The notes under the pieces were generated by a model that saw only the letters and a list, made by a program, of their open reading frames with translations, did not search any database and was not told where the DNA came from. Shown one piece after another: positions 50,348 through 59,099 of a stretch of 64,000 nucleotides of DNA. The position numbers and the translations under genes were made by a program. This DNA comes from a virus, in the IMG/VR virus record IMGVR_UViG_3300005274_000001, positions 93,226-157,225 of that record; one strand, written 5' to 3'. The stretch's first letter is position 1, and the number at the start of each line of letters is the position of its first letter.

Positions 50348-50758
50348 ATGACTAGACCATGGACAGAAGCAGAAATAAGTGAACTAATTGAATTGGTAAA
50401 TGCTGGTAAAAAGCGTAGAGAAATTGCAAAAATACTGGGAAGAACACCTAAAGCAATAGAATCCAAGCTTAGAGATATTCGTAAAAAGAGTAGAGATAAT
50501 GATGAAAATATTTTAGCAACCGATAAAATGAATAAAAATAACAATTCTCAAGAAAATATTGAAAAAAGCTTTGGCGAAAGAAACGATGCGATTATCTTAT
50601 ATAGAAAGTTCCTCAAAAAATTTTTGCAGAAAGATAGCTTACCAGAAAGAGAGTTTGATAGCTTGGCAAATGCTGTAGAAGAATATTACCTAAAAACAAG
50701 AAATCTAAATGGTGCAATTCTTCTTCTTGAAACAATAATGGAATCTGGTAAGTACTAA
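50348..50758 (+). CDS. HTH DNA-binding protein (Myb/GcrA-like N-terminus)
   Basis: WTEAEISELIEL...REIAKILGRTPKAIESK. Confidence 0.85.
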   Translation: MTRPWTEAEISELIELVNAGKKRREIAKILGRTPKAIESKLRDIRKKSRDNDENILATDKMNKNNNSQENIEKSFGERNDAIILYRKFLKKFLQKDSLPEREFDSLANAVEEYYLKTRNLNGAILLLETIMESGKY

Positions 50759-50759
50759 C

Positions 50760-50805
50760 AAAATAAATAACGACAGCCCGTTTTAGGCTGTCGTTATTTA
50801 TTTTT
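50760..50805. terminator. Bidirectional intrinsic terminator
   Basis: AAAATAAATAACGACAGCC-cgtttta-GGCTGTCGTTATTTATTTT between convergent genes. Confidence 0.9.
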
Positions 50806-50811
50806 GCTTAC

Positions 50812-52047
50812 TTACTTAGAGTAAGCGTCAGAGTACCAACCAATGAGGTTTCCGTTGTCGTCATAGATAGGAATAGCACCATAAGGACCAGTTACATAAG
50901 ACTTAGAAGTGGGATGAGCCTTTTGGTATTCCAGGGCTGTGTAATCAAAAGTATCACCAAATGTTACAGGTACGCTAATGGCTTTACCGTCAAAGTCGAA
51001 AAATACAGCACCATTAGCTGCACCTTGATAGAGTAGGAATACATTTACTGTTTGATAGATTGGATTTCCATTACCATCGTAAGCAACAACAACACGGTAA
51101 GAAGAAGGACGGAACCAATCTTTTAAACCTTCAGAAAGAATTTGCTTTGCTAAATCCTTAAAGGAATCTTTAATTGTAGTATCGTTAATAAGGTTAGCTA
51201 CTGCATCTACTGCATTAGCAACGACTTGATTAAAGTCTATTAGCCTTTCAGGTCTACCAATGATTGTGTAATTACCATTCATTGGCTTAGGAAGGGTGTC
51301 GTAGAAAGGAATAATCTGATACTGATCGCAGAAAACCTTAGAAAGAACAGAATAGAAGAAACTACCTTTACTCAAAGTGTTAGACATGCCAAAAAGGTGC
51401 TCATCGTTCTGCAAAGCAACGGAATCATGAGTAATGTATCTAGAGAAATCTACATCGAGATAAATATCGTTGTCCACAAATCTAACAGTAGGAGCCCCCG
51501 CACCAGCACAAGTAGAGGCTACAGTAATCCACTTATTAAAAATTTCCTTGGGGTTGTTGAGGTACTTTAGGAAAAGTGTTTCATCTGGAGGAGTCATTTC
51601 TGCTATCTCAGCGGCCAAATCCTCGAAGAAAGTTTCGTAAGGAACAGCAAATGTATTGAAAGAAGCTAACCTATAATCCCCTACTCTAAAGAGAAGAAGT
51701 GGAACTACTCTAGCATCTTCATAAACCTTTACAAGTTCAAAATTAGAAAGGTCTGGTGTTGCATCAAATACTGGAGTAGCAGTAGAGCCCCCAAAAACAA
51801 GTCTAAGCTGTCTACCTACTGTATACCTATCGTCAAGCTCAGAAGGAGTTAGAGCTTGAAAAGACAAAGTAGTACCATCCCAAACTGGAACTACTTCTGT
51901 GCTAACGCCGCCGTAAATTGCGGGGTTTAGATAAATTGAAATTTCCTTTCCATCAGAAGCTCTTACATACTTAGAGTATCTTCCTTCTCCATTTACTAAG
52001 ACAAATTTTGCTCCAATGTATTTAAGTGAATACCCTTGAGATGTCAT
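50812..52047 (-). CDS. Putative abundant virion structural protein (411 aa)
   Basis: Stand-alone gene with TACAAT promoter, strong SD (GAGGAGG) and its own terminator; high-expression-type codons. Its position recalls the major structural protein gp19 of phiYS40. Confidence 0.55.
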   Translation of the reverse strand: MTSQGYSLKYIGAKFVLVNGEGRYSKYVRASDGKEISIYLNPAIYGGVSTEVVPVWDGTTLSFQALTPSELDDRYTVGRQLRLVFGGSTATPVFDATPDLSNFELVKVYEDARVVPLLLFRVGDYRLASFNTFAVPYETFFEDLAAEIAEMTPPDETLFLKYLNNPKEIFNKWITVASTCAGAGAPTVRFVDNDIYLDVDFSRYITHDSVALQNDEHLFGMSNTLSKGSFFYSVLSKVFCDQYQIIPFYDTLPKPMNGNYTIIGRPERLIDFNQVVANAVDAVANLINDTTIKDSFKDLAKQILSEGLKDWFRPSSYRVVVAYDGNGNPIYQTVNVFLLYQGAANGAVFFDFDGKAISVPVTFGDTFDYTALEYQKAHPTSKSYVTGPYGAIPIYDDNGNLIGWYSDAYSK

Positions 52048-52104
52048 GTTTGTATTACCTCCTCTCTATATTGTATATTCTTCTTTTTGATAAAATCAAG
52101 CATT

Positions 52105-52539
52105 TTATGCTATAACAAATTTTTGTGTAACTGAAACGCCCTCTATTATTTTTTCCATCAGTTCATCATCTATATCATCCATTTCACCAGAAAGTATCAA
52201 TTCCATTAACGCTTCTTCTACATTAAAAACTTTTATCTCTGCTCCTTTATTGATAGCAAAAGTAAGAAGTTCAAAAATTTTGTCATTTAAAAATTGGGAG
52301 GTGTTTTTGTAAACTTCGTTTGGGTCATTTTTTACCATGCTGAGAACTTCATTTCCAAAAATCATTTCTATCGTCCTATAAACATCTTCCTTTTCATGTT
52401 CTTGTGCGCTTATTGACTTTCCTACTAGCTCAGCTAACTTTAAAGCGGCAAAAACAAATTTCTTTATCTCATCAAATTTAGCAAAAAAGACCTCTCTATC
52501 TGCTTTCTCTTTGAATTTTACTAGGCTTGTCGTTGTCAA
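52105..52539 (-). CDS. Hypothetical protein
   Basis: 144 aa, TTG start after GGAGGGGGAG. Confidence 0.7.
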   Translation of the reverse strand: MTTTSLVKFKEKADREVFFAKFDEIKKFVFAALKLAELVGKSISAQEHEKEDVYRTIEMIFGNEVLSMVKNDPNEVYKNTSQFLNDKIFELLTFAINKGAEIKVFNVEEALMELILSGEMDDIDDELMEKIIEGVSVTQKFVIA

Positions 52540-52916
52540 CCTGCTCCCCCTCCTTTCAAAATCTTATCAATTCCAAAAGAATATTCCTTATTATACTGCT
52601 CCTTTGCCTTTTCTTTAAGTTCGAAAAATTCATTTACTATTACTTTTATCTCTTCTGTAACAAACTTCAATTCCTCCAAAAGTTCCTTGTGCTCTTTTAT
52701 TGTTTTCGCTTGATTTATTTTATCTCTTATTGGTTTTAGAAAAAACAAATCTATGTACTCAAACATATCATCTTCGGGATTGCTTTTAATATCGATTATT
52801 GAAGTATCAAATTCGTAGAAGCATGTAGATATTATTTTCTTTTTACACAAAAACATTATGTGATTAGAAATCGCAACAATCACAGACTTTATATCTGATA
52901 AGGTAATCTCTTGCAT
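52536..52916 (-). CDS. Hypothetical protein
   Basis: 126 aa, follows GAGGAG. Confidence 0.7.
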   Translation of the reverse strand: MQEITLSDIKSVIVAISNHIMFLCKKKIISTCFYEFDTSIIDIKSNPEDDMFEYIDLFFLKPIRDKINQAKTIKEHKELLEELKFVTEEIKVIVNEFFELKEKAKEQYNKEYSFGIDKILKGGGAG

Positions 52917-53662
52917 AAACTCCTCACCTTACATTCTACGCAATTTTTTGTTTTTTGCGGATAAATGCCTGTCATAAGAGATTTTTTAATCATACTAATC
53001 TGTGAATACAGATATTGTTTGTATTCGGAATTGTAGTCGTGTCTATATATCTTCTTTCTCAGAACATCTATGGAAAGAACTATAAATTCTACATTAAACT
53101 TGTCCTTAAGTATTTCTCTGTATATGATGTACGGTATTTTTTGACTTTCCGAGTTTCTTCTGTTTTTGATATCTATTAAAACATAGTTTCCTCTTTTTGT
53201 AAGTGCCACAAAATCCGGTATTATTTCGAACACAATCTCTGGAAATTCTCTAATTTTTCCTTCTATCTTTTCTTCCCAAACCAAAACTTCCTCTACCTGT
53301 ATTGAATTTCGTATTCGAAGCAGAAAATCAAAAGAGTCTATTAGCAACTTCTTTTCTAGCTCATAAAGGTTGTCTTTTTCTTCAATGATATCTTTTTCGT
53401 AAAGCATCTTTACAAAGGCGTGTTCTTTGTCTAACAGAGATTTGTATTCTTCCAAATCTTCGCTAAAATCAAGTTTTCCCAAAACATCTCTATACATGTA
53501 GTAAAAAGATGCGTGAGAAAATCTTCCCAAAACAGCGCTTCTAGTTGGAATCTTCTTAGGTATATTGTTATCCTTCAAGTAAAACTTAGTTATCTGAAAA
53601 TTCCTTGGACAAAAAACATAGGATTTTACTAGTGAGGGAGATATCTTAAAAGGTAAATTCAT
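52889..53662 (-). CDS. PD-(D/E)XK nuclease, Cas4/RecB-like with four-Cys motif
   Basis: SPS...CPR...G..H...IPD...IDIK...CVECKVRSLC. Confidence 0.8.
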   Translation of the reverse strand: MNLPFKISPSLVKSYVFCPRNFQITKFYLKDNNIPKKIPTRSAVLGRFSHASFYYMYRDVLGKLDFSEDLEEYKSLLDKEHAFVKMLYEKDIIEEKDNLYELEKKLLIDSFDFLLRIRNSIQVEEVLVWEEKIEGKIREFPEIVFEIIPDFVALTKRGNYVLIDIKNRRNSESQKIPYIIYREILKDKFNVEFIVLSIDVLRKKIYRHDYNSEYKQYLYSQISMIKKSLMTGIYPQKTKNCVECKVRSLCKRLPYQI

Positions 53663-55322
53663 CTTCCCCTCCCTCCTTTTTGCTTTCCTCTTCTGCTGAT
53701 TCTATGTTTTCTTCAATCTCTAGCGCCCTAGAAACGCTCAAAAATCCCAATCTTCTTGCTATAGATTTTAACTTGCCAGACCTCTTATCTGTCGTTTGCT
53801 CGGATATTAGAGAAATTAAATCTACTTCTTCAGGTTCAGTTTCCACAAGTAAAGAATACTCTTCCTCACTAATTTCACTTCTTTCTTCTAAGAAAAATTC
53901 AACCAGAGATTTTACAGTTTTACTCTTATATTTGTACAGAAGCAACTCTCTCTTTAACGCCATGAGTTTGTCATAATGTCCATTAACAAGATACAAGACT
54001 CCTCTAAGAAGTTTTCTTTCTTTGGGCGGTATGTAATCTATTTCTACAGACTCTATTTCTCTTTTTGCTTTAGATAGCTCCTTATTTATCACATAGTCTA
54101 CCCTTCTAATAAGCGCATCAAAAGGATATTTTGATCTTTCACATATCCTAAGCATTAAGTTATAAACATGCTCATTTTCTCTGTAGTTGAAAAATAGTTT
54201 CATTAGTCTTTTGATGAGTTCTTCTCTAATTAACTCCTTATTTTTTACAGGTAAATCTTTAACAATATTTCTTAAATGCGCATCTATAAACACATCATAA
54301 ACATCCCTTGTGTCTGCTGTTTTTATAAACTCTTCGAACGATTTCTTTTTTAAAATTTCATCTATGTCCTCCTTATCTTTATAAAAAACAAACATTGCAG
54401 AAAAAGAGGGACGATTGGTTTTAATGATAGTTTTAGCAACATTAAAATAGGCCGTAGTTCCAGCATCATCGTTGTCAAATATGAAATAAACAACAGGAAA
54501 TGTGTTTAAAAGGTTAATTTGTTCTACTGTAAAATGTATACCTAACAAGGAAGCAGCTGGTATATCTCTTTCAATTAAAGCTAAGGCATCATATGGTCCC
54601 TCTACTATGTAAATAGTATTCAGGTTTTTCTTCTTTGCTATCTTTACAGCCTCATTCAAAAACGGCAAGTGTTCAGTTTTGCTAAACTTCGTGTTCAGGT
54701 ATTTGGGCAAGCTCATATCATTTAATGACCTTCCAACAAAGCCAACAATTCTATTTGCCCTAGAATATATCGGAATAATAATCCTACCCATGTACCTAAA
54801 CTTCAGCTTTCCTTCTTCATCTCTACTGAAAATTCCAAGCGTTACTAACCTCTCTATGTCTAACTTTTCTTTTACTTCGTTCGTAAAATCTACCAATTTT
54901 TCATTTGGAATATAAAACATCGAGTACTTTGGTACTAATCCTAGTTTCTTAATGTTAAAGTCTTCTACAGTTTCTTTGTCGTTATACTTAGAAAGTAGCT
55001 TAAGAAGTTTTGAAAACAACTCATGATCGTCATTATACTTTTTTTCGCCTTTTGTCTTTACATCGATGCCAAATTTTTCTCTAAGAATCTCTCCAACTTG
55101 ATTTATTGGTACATGTTCCACTAAAGAAATAAACTGATAAATGTTTCCACCTGTATTACATCCAAAGCAGTAAAAAACGCCAAGGTTAGTGTCAATATGA
55201 AAAGAGGGTGTATCTTCGGGATGTAGGGGGCAAAGACCGTAATACTTCCCTCCCCCTCTATGTCTAAGATTTGTGTACCTGCTAGCTATTTCAAAAAAAT
55301 CCAGCCTGTGCTCAATGCTCAT
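53646..55322 (-). CDS. dnaG: DNA primase
   Basis: CPLH...TPSF...CFGC zinc finger, GRIIIPI, PKYLN, VEGPYD, FDNDDAG (TOPRIM). Confidence 0.96.
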   Translation of the reverse strand: MSIEHRLDFFEIASRYTNLRHRGGGKYYGLCPLHPEDTPSFHIDTNLGVFYCFGCNTGGNIYQFISLVEHVPINQVGEILREKFGIDVKTKGEKKYNDDHELFSKLLKLLSKYNDKETVEDFNIKKLGLVPKYSMFYIPNEKLVDFTNEVKEKLDIERLVTLGIFSRDEEGKLKFRYMGRIIIPIYSRANRIVGFVGRSLNDMSLPKYLNTKFSKTEHLPFLNEAVKIAKKKNLNTIYIVEGPYDALALIERDIPAASLLGIHFTVEQINLLNTFPVVYFIFDNDDAGTTAYFNVAKTIIKTNRPSFSAMFVFYKDKEDIDEILKKKSFEEFIKTADTRDVYDVFIDAHLRNIVKDLPVKNKELIREELIKRLMKLFFNYRENEHVYNLMLRICERSKYPFDALIRRVDYVINKELSKAKREIESVEIDYIPPKERKLLRGVLYLVNGHYDKLMALKRELLLYKYKSKTVKSLVEFFLEERSEISEEEYSLLVETEPEEVDLISLISEQTTDKRSGKLKSIARRLGFLSVSRALEIEENIESAEEESKKEGGEDEFTF

Positions 55323-55328
55323 GGCTTC

Positions 55329-55357
55329 ATGCTAGCACAGAGCGCTTAGAATGTCAA
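55329..55357 (-). promoter_or_regulatory. Sigma-A-type leaderless promoter for dnaG
   Basis: TTGACA-17 nt-TAGCAT-6 nt-ATG. Confidence 0.8.
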
Positions 55358-55371
55358 GACGCAAAAGATTT

Positions 55372-55980
55372 TCAAGACTGCTTGAGGCTAAAAAATAAGT
55401 CTGGTCTTTCTAATATCTCTTTAGAAACTTCTTTAGGATGTATATAGCACTCTTCACATCTTGGTTCATAATGCAAATTAATTAACACTTGCTTATTCGG
55501 AATTATCGGTAAAGGCTCACCATCATAAACTGCTTGATTGTATTTAGCCTTTCTTCCACACAAAGAACAATAAGACTCTAATTCCTCACTAATGTCTGCT
55601 TCTTTCATAAGAAATTCAAACTGTTCGTAAACATTAGCTTCATAATCAAACTTCAAACCTATGAAGTTTATCATAACATCTTTGTATTTAAAGTACTTGA
55701 TAAGCTGTTTCAGCTCATATTGCTCTATTAAATGAAAATGTTGAACATGAATAACATAACTTTCATCTTTTTTTACTTTGTAAAAAACTTCGTGTGGATA
55801 ATAAGAATGATGATAATACACCTTTCTATTTTTAAAACGAACTTCTTTTTGGTTAGAAATAAAAGTTGGTCTTATTAGTAAGTAATTTACATTATACCTT
55901 TTTGAAAGGATAGAGGACATGTAAACCATTTCCGCTTTTCCTGATTCTACTGTTCCCCAAGAAACTCCAAAGACTGACAT
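55372..55980 (-). CDS. Thymidine kinase-like protein with degenerate active site
   Basis: GTVESGK P-loop, GLKFDY, CSLCG...YEPRCEEC Zn site, but VQHFH replaces IDEAQF. Start ATG55980 after TTGACA-17 nt-TATATA-6 nt. Confidence 0.75.
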   Translation of the reverse strand: MSVFGVSWGTVESGKAEMVYMSSILSKRYNVNYLLIRPTFISNQKEVRFKNRKVYYHHSYYPHEVFYKVKKDESYVIHVQHFHLIEQYELKQLIKYFKYKDVMINFIGLKFDYEANVYEQFEFLMKEADISEELESYCSLCGRKAKYNQAVYDGEPLPIIPNKQVLINLHYEPRCEECYIHPKEVSKEILERPDLFFSLKQS

Positions 55981-56004
55981 AGTTCTTATATAACACAAAA
56001 ATCT

Positions 56005-56712
56005 TTAGTTGTCAAGGCCCATTTTAAATTTGTAAAACATAGACTTTACCTCATCGTAATTCAATCCAAGTTCTTCAAAAACCTTGTGTTTTCCTTCAAA
56101 AAACTTGTTGGCAATATTGTACTTTATCGCTTCTTCTGGTGTGATGTAAATATCTTTGTGTGCCCCTTTCCCAATCACCTTCTTTTTAAGTCCAATCTTT
56201 TTTATAAACTCATTTTCAAAAATAGTCTTCAATACTTTGTACTGTTTGTCCAAATTGTCAACAATGTCTTTAGAACCAATAGGTTGAGGATGGTTTACGA
56301 GGAAGTCGTGCATAATGAAAAACGAATTAGGTGTAACAAACCTATTAGATTCCTTAGTAGAGAGGAAGATGTAAACACCAGCGCTTGCAATAATAGAATT
56401 AGCTACGAAAACTATATCTCTCTCAAAACATTTAATTAAATTAATTACTCTCATAGCCTGCATTACATCTCCACCAAGAGTGGAGAACTGTACAATGATT
56501 GGAATTTTATTTAGTTCAATACCAACTTCTCTTCCTTTGGCTACTTCAAACTTAGACAACTCATGAGAAACGACATAAATACTATCAATAAACTCATTAA
56601 CAGAAAACTCATCTATATCTGCACTAAAGTTAATTTCAACAAAGTTGTCATAAATTACGCTTTGAGGCCTTTGGTCTTCAGAGCCACAGTTCAGAATCCT
56701 CTTGTGTAGCAC
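56005..56712 (-). CDS. ClpP-like serine protease
   Basis: STLGGDV, IASAG (Ser), FIMHD (His), KDIYITPEEAIKY (Asp). Confidence 0.85.
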   Translation of the reverse strand: MLHKRILNCGSEDQRPQSVIYDNFVEINFSADIDEFSVNEFIDSIYVVSHELSKFEVAKGREVGIELNKIPIIVQFSTLGGDVMQAMRVINLIKCFERDIVFVANSIIASAGVYIFLSTKESNRFVTPNSFFIMHDFLVNHPQPIGSKDIVDNLDKQYKVLKTIFENEFIKKIGLKKKVIGKGAHKDIYITPEEAIKYNIANKFFEGKHKVFEELGLNYDEVKSMFYKFKMGLDN

Positions 56713-57565
56713 CTTCGTCCTCCTCCACCTTAATATACCTCACCTTGCCCCCCTCTGTAAAGAGTTTAAAATCGGGCCAACAAATTTGTGTGAAAGCACA
56801 ATAAGAACATTGCCAAGGTAAAGTCTTCACTACTAAACCATTGCCAAGGTCTTCAATCCTGTACTGATAAGGACGCTCAGGTAATTCGCCCTTAATTCCC
56901 CTTATAGCCTTCCTAAAGTTGTCTATAACTTCTTCTACAACCTTTTCAGAGTACAGAATCGGAACAATCATTCTATTGCTTGTATTTTTGTTGTAAACCC
57001 AAAGATAAGCTTCTTTTATACCTGTAGCATACATGTAGGCGTTAAGCTGCTTAACATAATCTTCTCTAGGCTCTTTTTTAAATTCATTAAAAGTTCTTTC
57101 GTTCACAGTTTTTATGTCTATAATTACATCACGATCCTCCAATTTTAGAACTCCGTCTATGTGTCCTGGTATTTTATAATCATCCACCTCAAGATATACT
57201 GTATCTTCAACGCTTACAAGTTCATTAACCTCGGAAATAAGTGCACGCTCTAATTCATGTAAAGCATGCCCCATTTGAAAAATGCTTATAGCTCTTGGAG
57301 ATAAATCTTTGATTTCTTCTTGCTCCTCAAACTGATAAATTACAGAATACGCTATCGCTCTAGGACATTTACCAGAAGAAGAGAGTCTTAGATAATTTCC
57401 TTTTTCTCTCGAATACTCTAAAGAAAAATTAAAGCTAACCCTTCCTCCATTCTTTGTCATATAAACCAAATATTCTTCTACCAACCTAAGAACATCATGA
57501 ACAGATTTTGCCCTCGGCGGTTTGTTGTTTTCTTCTTTAAACTTTAACACCTCTTCAATGGTCAT
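56678..57565 (-). CDS. Cas4/RecB-like exonuclease with 4Fe-4S-type Cys motif
   Basis: CPR...GHALHE...GHIDG...DIKT...QLNAY...CSYCAFTQIC. ATG57565 follows GGAGG. Confidence 0.88.
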   Translation of the reverse strand: MTIEEVLKFKEENNKPPRAKSVHDVLRLVEEYLVYMTKNGGRVSFNFSLEYSREKGNYLRLSSSGKCPRAIAYSVIYQFEEQEEIKDLSPRAISIFQMGHALHELERALISEVNELVSVEDTVYLEVDDYKIPGHIDGVLKLEDRDVIIDIKTVNERTFNEFKKEPREDYVKQLNAYMYATGIKEAYLWVYNKNTSNRMIVPILYSEKVVEEVIDNFRKAIRGIKGELPERPYQYRIEDLGNGLVVKTLPWQCSYCAFTQICWPDFKLFTEGGKVRYIKVEEDEGATQEDSELWL

Positions 57566-57602
57566 CTTTATCCTCCAGGGGGGGTGTTTTTTATCAAACA
57601 TA

Positions 57603-58952
57603 TCATGAGTATACATCTATCTTAAATTCAAGCTCTTTTTTAATATCAACATCAAGAATATTCTCCATCGATTTGTCTACTACAAAAATTGCTTGTGGTT
57701 CTTTTTTGTTTTTTGTTTTTCTTAAAATTCTGCCAACAAGCTGAACAGAAGAAACTTTGCCGTAAATTAAAACAGAAGTTATCAGCGTATCTAAAGAGGG
57801 ATAATCAAATCCTTTAGACACAACGCCATATGTTGCTATAATCAGATTTTCATTTTCGTCAAGAGCGTCTTTTCTTTTTGATGTCAGTATTTTTGCCATC
57901 GGAAAAACTTTAGCAAGGTAGTCTATCGTTTCCAAGCGAGAAACTACAACAAGTACTCTTCTTCCTTCAGACAACTTCTTGTTAATGATATTAACAAAGC
58001 GATCCCTAAATTTTTCTGAAGACTCCAGTTGCGTCTGATATTGAGCTAACAATAATGTTCTATCCATTCCATTCCAAATCTTCAATTTGTTTATAAAGGA
58101 ATCTTTCACAACCTCAATTGAAAGTTTGTCTTTTAAGTCGTTTTTGTAACCTAATTTTTCGGCATCTATTATTACACTACCTATCGTGTAAAAGTGTAAA
58201 GGAAAGTTAGAAATATAAGGAGTAGCAGTAACGCCAAATATGTATTCAAATCTCCCAAATAAAGCTACGCTTTTACCGAAAGCAATTGCTGCACTAGTAG
58301 TGTGGGCTTCATCATAAATGACCATATTAAAGTTTGATTTGTCAAAAATATCAAAATACTTTTTGAAATCTTTTTTCATTAGAGAATTAAGAAACTGAAC
58401 TGTAGTAACTGCAAAATCATATTCGTTATCTAAAATATCCTCAACATTTTTTCTATCCAAAACTATAACCTCCGGTTGCTCAAAAACTTCATTAATTTTA
58501 TCTACCCATTGGTCAATTAACACCTCTCTGTCAACTACAATCACAGAGGGACTACCTAACCTATTAGCCAAAAGCAAAGCGAAAACAGTCTTACCTGAAC
58601 CAGTAGGAGCTTTTATTAATCCATTTCTTTTTCTCTCAGAAATAATTTTTTCTATGGCCCTTCTCTGCCAATAAAAAGGATCTACTTTTTCTATCAAATT
58701 AAGCTTGTGATTCTTTGGTTTAAAACTTTGAGAAAATGTCCTTATTCCCATCAGGTAAGCAACAGATGAAGGAACAACAACAAGTCCCTTATCTCTACCC
58801 TTTTCCTCCTTAAACAAAAACATACTTTCCGGAGAAAACCTATTTTCAATCAAGGATTCGTAAATCCACCTCTTAGCAAGAGATGAGGAATATTCAATAA
58901 ACACACAATTCGGGTGTACTACAAAGCTCACAGCCTTAGGTAAAGCGCTCAT
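57603..58952 (-). CDS. Superfamily 2 DEAH helicase (UvsW-like)
   Basis: APTGSGKT, DEAH, TATP, GFDYP, QLVGRILR. Confidence 0.93.
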   Translation of the reverse strand: MSALPKAVSFVVHPNCVFIEYSSSLAKRWIYESLIENRFSPESMFLFKEEKGRDKGLVVVPSSVAYLMGIRTFSQSFKPKNHKLNLIEKVDPFYWQRRAIEKIISERKRNGLIKAPTGSGKTVFALLLANRLGSPSVIVVDREVLIDQWVDKINEVFEQPEVIVLDRKNVEDILDNEYDFAVTTVQFLNSLMKKDFKKYFDIFDKSNFNMVIYDEAHTTSAAIAFGKSVALFGRFEYIFGVTATPYISNFPLHFYTIGSVIIDAEKLGYKNDLKDKLSIEVVKDSFINKLKIWNGMDRTLLLAQYQTQLESSEKFRDRFVNIINKKLSEGRRVLVVVSRLETIDYLAKVFPMAKILTSKRKDALDENENLIIATYGVVSKGFDYPSLDTLITSVLIYGKVSSVQLVGRILRKTKNKKEPQAIFVVDKSMENILDVDIKKELEFKIDVYS

Positions 58953-58958
58953 GCTTCA

Positions 58959-59093
58959 ATCGTACTCCAAGAACAAAGAAAAGTCAAGACCCTAGAAAAG
59001 ACACCTCAAAAAGACGCTACAGAAGGGTTGGTACACTATTAACAGAGTCTGGAAAGTCTAATATTGACAGACCACAGGGACTTGTGATACAGT
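58959..59093. promoter_or_regulatory. Divergent leaderless sigma-A promoters
   Basis: Minus: TTGACT-17 nt-TACGAT-6 nt-ATG58952. Plus: TTGACA (59064-59069)-18 nt-TACAGT-6 nt-GTG59100. Confidence 0.75.
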
Positions 59094-59099
59094 CCTATT

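Noticed and set aside
42215-57616. Longer N-termini given by the ORF track for speD, SSB, dut, thyX, the NPY protein, tk and the exonuclease
   Set aside because: The extensions run through promoters, terminators or upstream genes; downstream starts have a proper SD or leaderless spacing.
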